Assembly: GCA_951406725.2 (NCBI GenBank)
Contig: OX597828.1
Coordinates: forward strand, 55,986,001 to 56,050,000
DNA length: 64,000 nucleotides
DNA from: Octopus vulgaris
Lineage: Eukaryota
Reading direction: 5' to 3'
Both the position numbers and the translations under genes were made by a program. Below are positions 1 to 12,775 of the stretch, in pieces (position 1 is the stretch's first letter; each line of letters starts with the position of its first letter). The notes beneath the pieces were generated by a model. That model made no database searches and was not told where the DNA came from. It saw only the letters and a list, made by a program, of their open reading frames with translations.

Positions 1-203
1 ATTGCCCACACAGAGGGGACAAACAAGGACAAAGAGATTAAGTAGGTTACATCGACCCCAGTGCGTAACTGGTACTTAATTTATCGACCCCGAAAGGATG
101 AAAGGCAAAGTGGACCGGCGGAATTTGAACTCACAACGTAACGGCAGACAAAATACGGCTGCGCATTTCGCCCGGCGTGCCAACGTTTCTGCCAGCTCGC
201 CGC
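1..203 (-). mobile_element. tRNA-derived SINE, family A (Meta-domain-like core GCCTTTCATCCTTTCGGGGTCGATAAA), 3' end cut by window edge
   Basis: Reverse complement matches the copies at 3659-3890, 27180-27410 and 55804-56435; box A/B-like motifs (TGGCAGAA..GTTAG, GTTCAAATTCC). Confidence 0.85.
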
Positions 204-526
204 ATTAGTCAAGACATTTATAATCGGCAGAATACTTTAGCATTGAAATCATGTCACAGATAACTTAATAGTGATTCTATTAGTAAAGCTGATAGTAATT
301 CATGAAATATTGTTGGACTTGTACAAAACAGAAACTCGTTTCAGCCCATATTATTAAGCATAAAGTGGAGGCAAGTCGGTCTGGAAATGATGATCGTATG
401 AATGTCACCTTGTTTTGGTTTCAGTTCCAATGGGTGACACCTACGGCATATGTCTTCTATTATGGCTCCAGGCAGACCAATGTCTTGTGAACGAATTTTC
501 TAGAGGCTCATACAAAAACCTAAAAA

Positions 527-614
527 AGCGAGCTGGCAGAAACGTTAGCACGCCGGGCGAAATGCGTAGACGTATTTCGTCTGCGCTACGTTCTAAGTTC
601 AAATTCCGCTGAGG
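527..614 (+). mobile_element. SINE family A, 5' head only
   Basis: GCGAGCTGGCAGAAACGTTAGCACGCCGGGCGAAATG...GTTCAAATTCCGCTGAGG matches the head of the other copies. Confidence 0.8.
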
Positions 615-942
615 ATTTCCAAGATATAACTCCGCCCCAGATCATCACAGATCCTCCTCCATGTTTAACAGTTGGAAGAAGGCAGTCTGGATCAAATGCT
701 TATTTTGGCTGTCTCCACACGTATACTCGACCGGTGGTCGGAAATAAGGTAAAGGATGATTAGCCCTAGAAAAAAAAACATTCTTCCACTGTTCTAGGGA
801 CCAATTCTGTATTATTAAATTCTGTATTTAATAATAAATAAAGTAAAACATAAAAATAAACAAGCTTTTGAAGGTTTTTATAGATATTTCAAAATCATGA
901 TGCTATGATGCTTGGTGTTTCCATTAATTTGTACAACCCCTG
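613..942 (-). mobile_element. Tc1-like DNA transposon remnant (TIR-like end plus transposase fragment)
   Basis: Minus strand translates WSLEQWKNV.. and SSFTLFPTTGRVYVWRQPK*AFDPDCLLPTVKHGGGSVMIWG, a typical Tc1 motif; terminus CAGGGGTTGTACAAA next to TA at 943-944. Confidence 0.8.
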
Positions 943-988
<46 letters not shown>

Positions 989-1637
989 ACGGGCACACAC
1001 ACATAATTATATATGTATTTATGTATTTATGTATAGAAAGACAGTGAAAAAGAGAGAGAGAAACGGAGAAAGTGATAAAAACAGAGAGAGATAGAGAAGG
1101 ACTGTTGTCTAAATAATGCCTTCTACTCCACAATTTATTCTAGAGGTAAGTAGGTGGCAATACGATTTTATTTGATTTTGACTTAATATTCATACATCTT
1201 TGTCAGCATGTTGCATATTTATGTATTATGGATCTTACTGCTTCAATTTATCATCGTATCTTTAAAACAACTGTAAAGTATGACCACGGATTCTCTTTGT
1301 TTTCAATTGCATTTGCGATTGTGTTGTCTCTGGGTACCTACATATTTGTGAAGAACAAATATTGACCGTCTTCCTTCTTTCTGATTAATTCTAATTGTGT
1401 ACATTATTTATAAATAATAGTGTAAATTATTTATAAATGCCATGATGGCTTAAGCAAATACTTTTATCTTTATTTTCATGAGCTCTATCGAAGAGCTTCT
1501 TATAGATAGATTACTGTTCTTGCTCATCTAAGTCTTCGATGATTAGGACGTTGAATATTAGGAAATAGATCTGATTCTGGGCACTAATCTTATCCTAATC
1601 AATTATACGCAGCTCGACGTATTCTCATCCATTATAT

Positions 1638-1673
<36 letters not shown>

Positions 1674-2468
1674 TTATGTTGCAAACCTCATAAATTCTAT
1701 TAAGCAATTTGATTTCTGTAGGTTTCAATATATAATTTGATTTCTGTAGCTTTCTATGTATCTGTAAGTAAGTATGAAATGTTTTCCTTTGTGTATATCA
1801 TACACAATGGGAAATTTTGTATCGTTTTACTTAGCGTGTATGATAGATACGTTCTTATGATGCCACAAATGAACTTTACCTTTTATCATTGTTCATAGTT
1901 CACCAATTTACATTCAGTAACCAATAAAAATCATTATTTCCCTTTGTATTATTAATCTAATTGTCGGAAGGAAAATGTGTCAAAGCTTTTGGTATTTCTA
2001 TTTCGTCCATTAAGCGATGATTCAATAGGCTTATGACCAAAAGTATTCCAGATGTTTTCTAATATACAAATCTCTTTGTACATTCATAACTACAGTATTG
2101 TATATGTAGTTCTTCCGTTCCGTGAATGTTTTATCAAATTTGGGTGCTGCATAAGAAGTCACTCTACAGCGTAGCACAACTATCTTTTTGGTGGTTTCAG
2201 GGTATTGATGTTTATCGCATCTGCGTAATACTCCAATTTTACGTGTACGAAACTCACTGAAACCTCTGAATACCAAACATTTGTTACGGTGAGCACTTCA
2301 TATGTCCTTATTAAAATGATTTATGTGATGACATGTCAGTCAGGGAAATTTGTTTGAGAATAAGATATAAAATTTAAGCTCTAAACAACTAGTTTATTTC
2401 ATAAGTTTGTAATGTTTTAAATACTATTTTCGTTTTTGAATCAGATACTTGAAGTTTAGCCACTCACG

Positions 2469-2672
2469 ATGGAATATACAACATTATTTAAAAAAGACAA
2501 GATCTTCACACCCACTCCGAAGCTGCTACTAAGTGTAGATGATTCTAATATCTTCCGAACTGCCACAATGAAAAGTAAGCCGTCTACACTTTCGAAAAGT
2601 TGGAACCCAAATCTTTCGAAGACGCGGCACAGTTGTTGGTCGCCTTTGGTGCAGAGACCAATGGCACAACAA
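2469..2672 (+). CDS. ECT2L: ECT2L ortholog, coding exon 1
   Basis: Acceptor TCAG|2445, ATG at 2469, donor CAA|GTATGT. The end KTRHSCWSPLVQRPMAQQ resembles the vertebrate ECT2L N-terminus (HTRFSAWTPFSNKSLNRQ). The exact start codon is uncertain. Confidence 0.8.
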
Positions 2673-2680
2673 GTATGTTA

Positions 2681-2900
2681 TATTTTGGTTATAAACTTTT
2701 AGTACAAAGCCGACAGGTTTGGGAGTGTGGGGCAGTAAGTCGATTACACAGACCTTAGTACTCAACTGGCCCTTATCTTAACGTCCTCGAACGAATGAAA
2801 AGCAAAGTTGGGCTTGGCAGAATGCGAGTTCGAACGAGAAGTAGCACGAAATGCCACTACTCATATTGTTCGGCGCGCTAACGATTCTGCCCAGCCCGTA
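2681..2900 (-). mobile_element. Degenerate SINE family A
   Basis: Diverged reverse match (AAGTCGATTACA..CTCAACTGG..GAATGAAAAGCAAAG..GCGCTAACGATTCTGCC). Confidence 0.6.
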
Positions 2901-3227
2901 CCAATTATCTTCGGTAAACTAGTCATTAGCAATTCACTTTCTAAATAATAATTTTAGCAAAATAATCTATTTATGTGAAGTAGAGACAAATTTATTGGGG
3001 GAATTATTGTTGTTTGATTTGGCTAAGATCAGCTATGGGTAAGAAAACTTTATGTACTTTTGGGTTATAAGTCCGAATCTCAACTTTGCCACTACTTATG
3101 TATACAGTCGATCAAATGAATAGCAGTCAAATAGTGGAGCAGATTAAATTGCAGTTTTATGCCACTGTTGCAAATAATCATTAAATCTAAGAGAATGTGT
3201 TGGAGCATAACGGAAAGAGAAATCAAC

Positions 3228-3500
3228 GCAGGCGCAGAAGTGGCATTGTGGTAAGATATTTGCTAGATAGATACGTGTGGAGTTGTGGCTGTTATTTCCC
3301 GGCGCTTAACAATTGGTGATGGTGTGTTTACGCTCCAGTAAGTTAGCAGTTTGGCGGAAAAACCCTATGGAATAAGCACCAATTAAAAAAAATAATAATA
3401 ACTGGGGTGATTCATTCGACTAGAATTCCTCAATATTAAGACCATACTCCAGCATCGTCTCAGTCTAATGATGACACAAGTAAAATATAAAAAATAAAAG
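3228..3500 (+). mobile_element. Degenerate SINE family B (CORE-like)
   Basis: GGTGTGTTTACG..TTAGCAGTTTGGC..GAATAAGCACC..CTCCAGCAT..TAAAAGA tail is shared with 15560-15920 and 63150-63460. Confidence 0.6.
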
Positions 3501-3658
3501 ATATTACAACTGCTCTTTTATCTAGAAACGGTTTGTATTTTAGAATTAGTCGAGTGTTGCAGAACTCCATGAATAACAATGTACCACGATCCTTTGTCCG
3601 TGGGTAGCAACTTGTCCGTGGGTAGCAACTCTTGTTTCCTATTTCCTAATCCCTAAAA

Positions 3659-3890
3659 GGCTACGAGTTGGCAGAACCGTTAGCAAACCGGGCAAAATGC
3701 TCAGCAGTATTTCGTCTGCCGTTACGTTCTGAGTTCAAATTCCACCGAGGTCGACTTTACTTTTCATCCTTTCGGGGTCGATAAATTAAGGACCAGTTAC
3801 GCACTGGGATCGATATAATCGACTTAATCCGTTTGTCTATCCTTGTTTGTCCTCTCTGTGTTTAGCCCCTTGTGGGTAGTAAAGAAATAG
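3659..3890 (+). mobile_element. SINE family A, full length
   Basis: Head, Meta-like core and tail TTAGCCCCTTGTGGGTAGTAAAGAAATA all present. Confidence 0.85.
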
Positions 3891-4701
3891 GTATGAAAAT
3901 GGCTAATATTTCTTTCAAACTTTGGTTTTGTTACGATATGTATTCAAACCCCAAAGAATCCCTCTGAAAATATGGTTATTAAGCTCCCTACTACTTCTGC
4001 TCCCGAACAGAGATGCACATATTGCTAACAAGTAAGAGACATGCTCAAGTGGTTAAGATGAAGTAACCGACAAGCAAATCTGTGATATTGAACAGAATAT
4101 TTGCTATAACGATATTACTGCCTCCGCAACCCAGCACTGAATCAGTGTGAAATGTAATCGAAAATGGGTCAGTTTAAAAACATTAATATCCAGTTCACAT
4201 AAGCAAAATTTAAAGGGAATATTGGTTATTTCCTTTGACTTCTAGTTAGAAGCAAATAAGAAAAAAATACTTACTGATCAAAGAGAGAAAAACATTACAG
4301 GTGTACAAACTAAAATAACTCTCGCATATATTCTAATGAAGTAATCTGGATTACTAGAACTAATGTAGTATTTCCTATCGGACTCCTTCATATTTAATAC
4401 ATGGAACTCCAATGTATGTCGATGTTAAGTGTCCTAGTCGAATCGCCTCACTTGTTTTATTATGAAGTGGGGCTGTCTCTGTCATTATTATAACAAGTTT
4501 TTCGATTGAATTATACTATTTTTGTATTATACTTTCTTTGGCTGATGTTGTTGCCGCTATTAACTTCTATTAATGAACTCCTCAAGTTTGTTATTTTTGC
4601 GAAGGAGTCGGTTGGGATATTAATAACAACGATAGAAACACCGGCAACAACAAATACAACTCTTTACTTTGCTTAACTACTTTGTCTCATTCTTTTAACA
4701 G

Positions 4702-4737
4702 CTTTTCAAGGAAAGAGTTGAATTAATTTCTCATTGG
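4702..4737 (+). CDS. ECT2L: ECT2L exon 2 (36-nt microexon, LFKERVELISHW)
   Basis: TTTTAACAG| ... TGG|GTAAGT, phase 0/0; matches vertebrate LFQERVALISHW. Confidence 0.93.
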
Positions 4738-4829
4738 GTAAGTCACACATATTACCATATTACATTTTGTATCTTGTAAGTGTAACTTAAGCATTTTGTA
4801 GGAAACGAATGCACTAAAACACATATATG

Positions 4830-4901
<72 letters not shown>

Positions 4902-6489
4902 CACTTACATACATGATTTTACGCATGCAAATACGTGTTTGTCTTCATTGATGACCAATTTGCCTAAATACGTCTGGCACATTCAACTACAACAATTCCA
5001 AGATGACACTGTGTTGACTGTGCTGCCATGTCGTTCACTGTAGCGGAAGCAAACTTAGACAATGGACTATATACGGACAAAGCATTTAGTGGCAACTTGG
5101 TATTGAACCGCAAAATCTTAAACTTCTTCGTTTCCATTTCATGTTTTTGCAGTATAACTAAAATAAATATCGATAATTCTCTGTCTTATTATGTTCCCCA
5201 CTCCCACACATTAAATAAATACCATTTGCCAATAATATATCAATTCTAGCGAATATTTTGCCGCAAATATAATTGGATCGGTAGAGCGTCGGAGATAATG
5301 AATTGCGGCATTCATCACAATTCTCAGAGCCATCTCAGAGCGAAATCACTTTTCTTTTGAAGTCAGTAAAATACCTGACACCTTGTACTGAGACTGATCC
5401 TGCTCCCCTTCCTCCTCCCCATACTCCCAGTCCCCACTCCACCCACCATTCCCTTCTTCTCCTCCTCCTCCTCCTTTTGCTTCTTTATACAATAATTTCA
5501 TTACTAAATATTTCTGAAACTGCCAGAGAATTCGCGGTATTATTTTCCCCAACCAGATAAGTTCTGGTGGCTTAAACCCATGTTGATCCAGATGGCAGAC
5601 TTTTGATGAAGAGCATTGCGACTCAAGACATTCTCATCTGAAATTGTTGGAATGACATACAGCTTATCAAAATTGATTTAGAACTGGGATAGGTGTTGTG
5701 ACATTATTTCATTTACACAGTTAATGTTTTCTAGAAAAGATATTTCACCTCACAAACACTATATCTAAATACCGTAGAAAAATAACGTGAAAAAAAAAAA
5801 TGCTAAATGAAAAGAAATAAAAGAAATTATAGAATATAATTATTGGTGTGCGTGTGTTATGTGTGTGTGTGGCTGTGTGTGTGCGTGTATGTGTATGTGC
5901 GCGTGTGTGTGTGTAACAATATGCACCAATGTATGTCTCTTCTATTACTTAATTATTATAAATCTTCCACTGAGGTGGAAGCCGGTTTCCAACAAAGATA
6001 TAAGGCTCCATCTTTGGGATGTAGTTAACAAAAACAAATTCACATTCAGAACCTCAGGAACGTCTTGCATTGTTTAACTGTTCCACTCACTGTTTGCATT
6101 TCTTCTGTACGAATTAACCTGTCGATTTCTCTTTCTAAAAATCCCAGTTTATCCAAATTCTCCTTTAAGCATTTACCGACAAAACCTTTGGCTCCAATTA
6201 TTATGGATAAGAATATGACCCATACCCTGGATATAGCAGCTGGAGGTTGCGAAGCAGTTGTGCATAGATATCTCCTTTTACTTTGATTTTCAAAAAAACA
6301 TTTGTATATACAGGGCAGCTAAACTCTATGTTGGTACATACCATTGCCCTTCTGTCCCAAACAATATTCGGTCTATTATGGTTACATTTCAGAGACGTTT
6401 TGATGGGAATATTCCACTAAATGGCGGTGCCCCAGCATGACCACAGCTCATGAGCTGAAACTAGAATCAATCAATCAATCAATATTCCT

Positions 6490-6800
6490 TGAGTTGTGGT
6501 TTTTCGGCAAGAAATTACCAAACCCTCATATGTTGTCTAACGACTGGAGAGACAATGGTATGTGTGTGTGTGTGTGTGTCTTTGTGACTGTGTTTACCCC
6601 ATCGCGTTTACCGCTTGAAAACTGGTGATAGTGTATTTACATCCCCGTAACCTAGCAGTTCGTCAAACCGATCGACAGAATAAGTGCCAGGCTGGAAACA
6701 AAGAAAAATAAGGACTCAGTTCATTAGACTAAAACTTCTCCAGAGCGGTGCTCCAGCATGGCTGCAGTCAAATGACTAAAGGAAATAAAAGACAAAAGCC
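6490..6800 (+). mobile_element. SINE family B, degenerate
   Basis: Tail GCGGTGCTCCAGCATGGCTGCAGTCAAATGACT..AATAAAAGA and an internal (TG)n, as in the other copies. Confidence 0.7.
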
Positions 6801-7444
6801 ATATGTATGTACCTATGTAGTAATTATATTGAGGATGTGAAACCTGTGCCTGAGAAGGGCACCTACTAGTTTCTTTCGTGTAACCATTGTGGTGGTGTCT
6901 GCTTCTCAGAGGCAAGCCTACTCATCCACAAGCATGGACGCGGACAAAACTCCGTCTACCCGTGTGATATCTACCATGATCTCCCGAGCCTCCTGCGTAG
7001 CGGAGTGTGTGGATCGGCAGTGAATTCACTCGGGATTGCGGGTCCCAATGTCTAGATGGTCGGGCCACTGCTGAAGAGTGATTGGTAAATAACTTGCAAG
7101 ACCTTTGAAGCAATACGATGGGGAGACTAAATGTAAGATGTGGTCTGGAGGATGCGGTTGAAGCCAATGGCGATTTCATTGAAGAAATTTACTCTTTAGT
7201 ATTTCAAAATACTTTTTGGGAATTTTGGTAAATATATATGTTAAAGTGAGATGTAATTTAGACGAAGATATATTCATCGCACCCTGTCTCTGCTGTTCTT
7301 CTAAAAACCTATTAAACATGTACTGTATTAACAAACAAAATAAAACAACATCGTTATTGCAGTTTGCATTAGAGAAGCCATTATATCAATTCAATGGTCT
7401 TTATGCGAAACAGAAGTTTCATAGTTTCTTGATTTCAATTTCAG

Positions 7445-7684
7445 TTCGATTTATGGACAGAAAGCCAGCGAAACGAATTTTTTGATCATATGTTGAGCAA
7501 GTGTCACAACATACAATATGCTCACGTTCGGAATTGGTTCAATGAAAGAGTTCCATTACAACACATCGACTTTACGAGACTTCTTCCAAGATTCTTATCT
7601 TTGTATATATTTTCTTTCTTGGATCCCAAAAGTCTTAGTCGGACTTCACAAGTTTCTTGGTACTGGAAGTTCCTCACAGAACAG
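7445..7684 (+). CDS. ECT2L: ECT2L exon 3 (F-box domain)
   Basis: TTTCAG| FDLWTESQRNEFF...DFTRLLPRFLSLYIFSFLDPKSLSRTSQVSWYWKFLTEQ |GTAAAA; clear F-box motif; 240 nt, phase 0/0. Confidence 0.95.
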
Positions 7685-7934
7685 GTAAAACTCTTTTATA
7701 AATTCACCGTTAAAAAGGAACCCATTTGTAATATATCAAAATGTGGTAATTTTTCTTTGTCTCACTCACCAATGCACGCTTCTAGTATTTCAGTCAATAT
7801 GGATCCTTCAGTCAAGAAGGAAGCTATACCTAACGTTACTCATTGCCTTTGTGAATTTAATTTACAAATTAAATGTTCAGTTCACTTCACTACACATACA
7901 ATCTATAGTTAATGATATTTTCACTATTACCTAG

Positions 7935-8120
7935 CCGACAGAGTCGTTAGCACACTGGGCAAAATTCTTAGCAGCATTTCGTCTGCGAAGTTTTCAGTTC
8001 AAATTCTGCCGTGGTCGATTTTGCCTTTCATCTTTTCAGGTTCGATAAAATAAGTACCAGTTGAGTACTGGGATCATTGGAATTGACTAAACCCCTCACC
8101 CAATTTTTAGGCCTTGTGCT
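7935..8120 (+). mobile_element. SINE family A, degenerate
   Basis: GTCGTTAGCACACTGGGCAAAAT..TTGCCTTTCATCTTTTCAGGTTCGATAAAATAAGTACCAG. Confidence 0.7.
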
Positions 8121-8837
8121 ATTACCTAAATTTGCTTACTATGCCGCTCTGAGGAAACATATATAGAGCTGATTTGCTTTCGGCTGATTCAACAAATGGC
8201 AAATGAAGAGACATCCCGAAATATTCACAACCCATAGATCAATGCATGTGGTTTGACAAATGTGTGTCTTTGAGTATCTAAGAGTGATCTTTCAGCAAGT
8301 AAATTGACCATGCAGTGCTGCAGTGTTTACTGTGTAATTTCTATATTTCGAACATTTGAAACAGTGCAAGGCATAGAAACAAGCAGACAAATGAATGAAT
8401 AGGTAAGTAAGTACATTATAGATAACACATGATGGATGATGTAATGGAAGTATTGTAACCCAGAACAGATAATACAAGAGATAATAAATCATATGTTTGC
8501 GTAATGATTGGTTGAGCAGTGGTGCAGTGGAATCCCGCTGTGCTCAAGTGGACTGCAGATCGAAATTATGCTCTATGTTTTATAGTTATACTGACTTATT
8601 TTCAAATAAGCTAACCACATATACGTACAAATAACTACAGAAGTGGGTGTCAAATTATATCACGAAATAGAAATTTCTACACGGTTTTACCAAAACGCAA
8701 ATCAAGAAATGGCGTCAGACCAACAGGATTTTTCGCTTAATATTTGGGATAACAATGAATTCGTAAACATGATTTGCTCCTAGGGTGATTTTATTGACTT
8801 CAAACTGTGAATCTATTGATATGGACGGTAATATATA

Positions 8838-9063
8838 TTTCTTTACTACCCACAAGGGGCTAAACGTAGAGGGGACAAACAAGGACAGACAAATGGATTA
8901 AGTCGATTACATCGACCCAGCACGAAACTGGTATTTTATTTATAGACCCCGGGAGGATGAAAGGCAAAGTCGACCTCGGCGGAATTTGAACTCAGAACGT
9001 AACGGCAGACGAAATACCGCTAAGCATTTCGCCCGGGGCGCTAACGTTTCTGCCACATCGCCA
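8838..9063 (-). mobile_element. SINE family A, full length
   Basis: Reverse complement of the family A sequence seen elsewhere in the window. Confidence 0.85.
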
Positions 9064-9154
9064 CAAATTTCTGCCACAAATTACTGTTACTCCAACATTA
9101 TTTTATTTCAATGTCATATTGTGCACGTGACTATAACTACAGATTTCAGGAAAC

Positions 9155-9560
9155 ACTCTTTTACTTGTTTCAGTCATTTAACAGCGGCCATGCGGGAGCA
9201 TCGCCTTTAGTCGAGCAAATCGACCCCAGAACTTATTCTTTGTAAGCCTAATACTTATTCTATCGGTCTGTTTTGCCGAACCGCTAAGTTACGGGTACGT
9301 AAACACACCAGCATCGGTTGACAAGCGATGTTGAGGGTGGGGTGGGGGTTTCAAACACAGACACACAAACACACACACATATATATATGTACATATATAC
9401 GACACGCTTCTTTCAGTTTCCGTCCACCAAATCTACTCAGAAGGTTTGACGGCCAGAGGCTATAGTAGAAGAAACTTGCCCAAGGTGCCACGCAGTGGGA
9501 CTGAACCCGGAACCATGTGGTTGGTAAGCAAGCTACTTACAACACAGCCACTCCTGCGCC
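9155..9560 (-). mobile_element. SINE family B (CORE-like, tRNA head), near full length
   Basis: Reverse complement carries GGCTGTGTTGTAAGTAGCTTGCTTACCAACCACATGGTTCCGGGTTCAGTCCCACTGCGTGGCACCTTGGGCAAGT and the family tail. Confidence 0.85.
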
Positions 9561-10071
9561 TACGTATATAAGAGATAAATATAAACAACAAAATTTCGGT
9601 TGAAGGAAAAAAGATTGAATCATTCATATCAGTTTCAATCCTATGTTGGGTTTTCATAACCAAGTGAGACTCGTGTTAATTGACCACTGCTTATAAACGC
9701 TAATAATACAGTGTATTATTATTATTATAGATCAATAATACTCAGCAGTTTTTTACCCTTTGATTACTATTTTCTTCTGGTGGATCCGCATAGTCATTCG
9801 ATGCTTAAAATCTAATTTGATAGCAACTTTTTTCAAAATTCCCCCCTTTTTTTTAAACATTAACTTGTGTAGGCTGATCTATGCAAAACGATACAGAGAG
9901 TGACCTGGCCGTTTCTTGCAATAAATAGATCTGTAACAAATTTTTGTTCATAGACTCTTAAAATAATAACGAGGATCAAATTTACTATTTTGCTTATGTG
10001 GACCACGACATATTTTATATGGAACCCTTGAAGTCATATGGACCCCGGTTAAGAACCAGTGCTAAAGAGAA

Positions 10072-10290
10072 AGGCAGCGAGCTGGTAGAATCTTTAGCAC
10101 GCCGGGCAAAAGCTTAGTAGCATTTCGCCAATCTTCATGTTCTGAGTACAAATTCTGCCGAGGTCGACTTCGCCAGTCATCCTGTCGGTTTGATAAGATA
10201 AGCGCCAATTGAGCACTGGAGACAATGTGATCGACTTACCCACTCTCCTGAAATCCCTTCCTTTGTGTCAAAATGTGAAACCAATATTAC
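10072..10290 (+). mobile_element. SINE family A variant (alternative tail ending ..AAAATGTGAAACCAATATT)
   Basis: Head and Meta-like core; similar copies at 10550-10740, 20633-20846, 24641-24855, 42170-42350 and 59240-59465. Confidence 0.7.
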
Positions 10291-11235
10291 AATAGAGTCC
10301 TATAAAAGCAAAAAAAATCAAATGAAATCGTATGAAATCGAATCGTGCTCAAACTTGTCATTATACTTAGCAAAGAGCAGTCTCATTCACTAATGTATCC
10401 TTCAATTTCTTCAATTACTGTGGATTTTGGAAGTGACTTCAGTTTCGGGACTACAAGGAAGTTATCCAACGTTATTTTGCTTCATTGATTTCGTCATTTG
10501 AATATACAAAATAAATGTTCTTTAACTGCACAACACATGTAATCCCTTGAGGTGATGAGCTTCTAGAATCGTTAGCACACCGGACAGTGTACTTAACGCC
10601 ATTTATCCCGGCTTTACGTTGTGGGTTCATATTCCACTGAGGTTGTCTTTGTTTTTTGGTGCCGATAAAATAAACACCAGTTGGCACTGGTATTGATTTA
10701 ATCGACTACCCTCATTTCTCCAATATTCCAGGCCTTGCGATTTCGGCTGAAAGTATTATTACTATCAGTGCATAGCAGATAATCTCCGTATAATGTATCT
10801 AATCCGGTTTTCCAAGTTTTCAATCCATTACGAAATTTTGTTTCCTACAAATTAATTTTAGTTTTATTTTAATCTTCTGTAACAAAAAAAAAAAAAAACA
10901 TTAACACAATGCAATCATACCTTCTCTTTCTGTAAATCTATTGCCATACATTGCACTAAATCAAACTAGTTTTTAATCATATTAATAATGTCTTCACATT
11001 CGGGTAATGGTCTATAAGACATTCACCTTTGAAAATTGGTATATCATCTTTTATTCATGAACCGACAGTTTGTAGAACCACGTTAGAATATATGTATTAT
11101 GCCGAGCAACAATAAATATAACACACATACACGCATACGCACACGCATAAACAAACGTACACACAAACACATGTGTGTATGTGTTTGTGCATATGTGATC
11201 ATGTACATACACACAGGCACACATACATACAGACA

Positions 11236-11340
<105 letters not shown>

Positions 11341-11859
11341 TATACATATATACATATACATACATATACATAAACATACATTTGAGCAATGAAAACATAG
11401 CAGTCGAGGCTGATATACACAAGAATTATCGAGAAAATATGGAGAGTGATGGAAAAGTAATATACAGTTATCAATAGACTCACGGAGTAATCATGGACTT
11501 TCTTAATAAATGATTCCATTTTAATTAGCAAAAGTCAAGATTACGAAAGATGCTACATCGTAGTAAAGAAGGAAAATAAAAAAAAAGATTTGGAAATCAA
11601 AGAAAACGTTTGCTTTTGTAACATGTAGTCTTTAGAAAATACGATTACTTTGTGGTTTATGAATTTTCTATATTCTGTTCAAAATAGGAGGTTCGTTTAT
11701 GAAAAGGGAAAATAGTTGGAATATCCTGAACGTTTAAAGGAAACTAGTCTTTCAAAAATGTAGATCGTTTAAGAGTTTTAGTCTCAGTTATTCAAGATTT
11801 TTGTCTCTCATATCAGGAAATGACGTAATACATATTTATATCAAGATGAATTAGGCTAT

Positions 11860-12092
11860 CGCCTGATCACGTGACCGACCACTCTATCAGATGTTGTTAT
11901 ACATAGATGATTACAATGTGCTGATTACAATGACGAGCAGGCCAACATTCTGCTCTGATCGAAGGCGGGCTGGAGCAACGTGAAATGATGTGTTTTGTTC
12001 AAGAGCACAACACACCGCTCGGTCTGGGAATCGAACCAACGATCTAGCAATTGTGAGTGCAACAGTCTAACCACTCGGCCAAGCGCCTTCTC
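11860..12092 (-). mobile_element. SINE family C (tRNA-derived) with a probable ATTAGGCTAT target-site duplication
   Basis: tRNA-like head on minus (GGCCGAGTGGTTAGAC..GGTTCGATTCCCAGACCG); ATTAGGCTAT lies on both sides. Confidence 0.7.
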
Positions 12093-12612
12093 AAATTAGG
12101 CTATATTTAGTCTAAAGTCTTTGATGGGGTGCAATGCAGAGCAGAAAAAAGAGCCGAAATCTGAAAGGAAGATAGAAACAGTGGTTTTCATCTTCGAGAA
12201 TTAGATGCTTTGACACAGGTACTTATATAAGCGCTGACAGGATACGAATAACTGGGTTTTTTCACTCAGTATTTCATTATTTCAGTCTTTCGAACGGACT
12301 TTTAGAAAATAGTCTGCCGCAATCATATCTTGGATGGCAAAGACTTTAATTTGCTGTTAAACCTTCCAAATTTATTAACAGGAAATCACTGAAATATTGA
12401 AATATCAAATAGGAAAGCGTTAATTTGCTAATAGGATATTGCTAAATTGCTAATTGTAAAGTGCTAAATTAAAATATTAAATAGGAAAGTATTACAGAAA
12501 ATGTGAGACGCTAACTTTTCTCATTGTTTGTTGTTACGTGCTTTGGGTTGAATGAGTTAAATGTAAAATTTCTATCAAACTACATAAAACCACTGGTCTT
12601 GGTTCTTTGAAA

Positions 12613-12775
12613 GTTCTGAGTTCAAATTCCGCCGAGGTCGACTTTGCCTTTCATCCTTTCGGGCTCGATTAAATAAGTACCAGTTACGCACTGGGGTCGA
12701 TGTAATCGACTTAATTCGTTTGTCTGTTCTTGTTTGTTATCTCTGTGTGTAGCCCCTTGTGGGTAGTAAAGAAAT
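12613..12775 (+). mobile_element. SINE family A, 5'-truncated
   Basis: Starts at GTTCTGAGTTCAAATTCCGCCGAGG and ends at AAAGAAATA. Confidence 0.85.

Noticed and set aside
3594-3630. 18-bp exact tandem duplication TTGTCCGTGGGTAGCAAC
   Set aside because: Only two units; ordinary slippage duplication.
9995-10062. hAT-like terminus TATGGACCCCGGTTAAGAACCAGTG
   Set aside because: No matching opposite terminus could be found, so boundaries cannot be supported.
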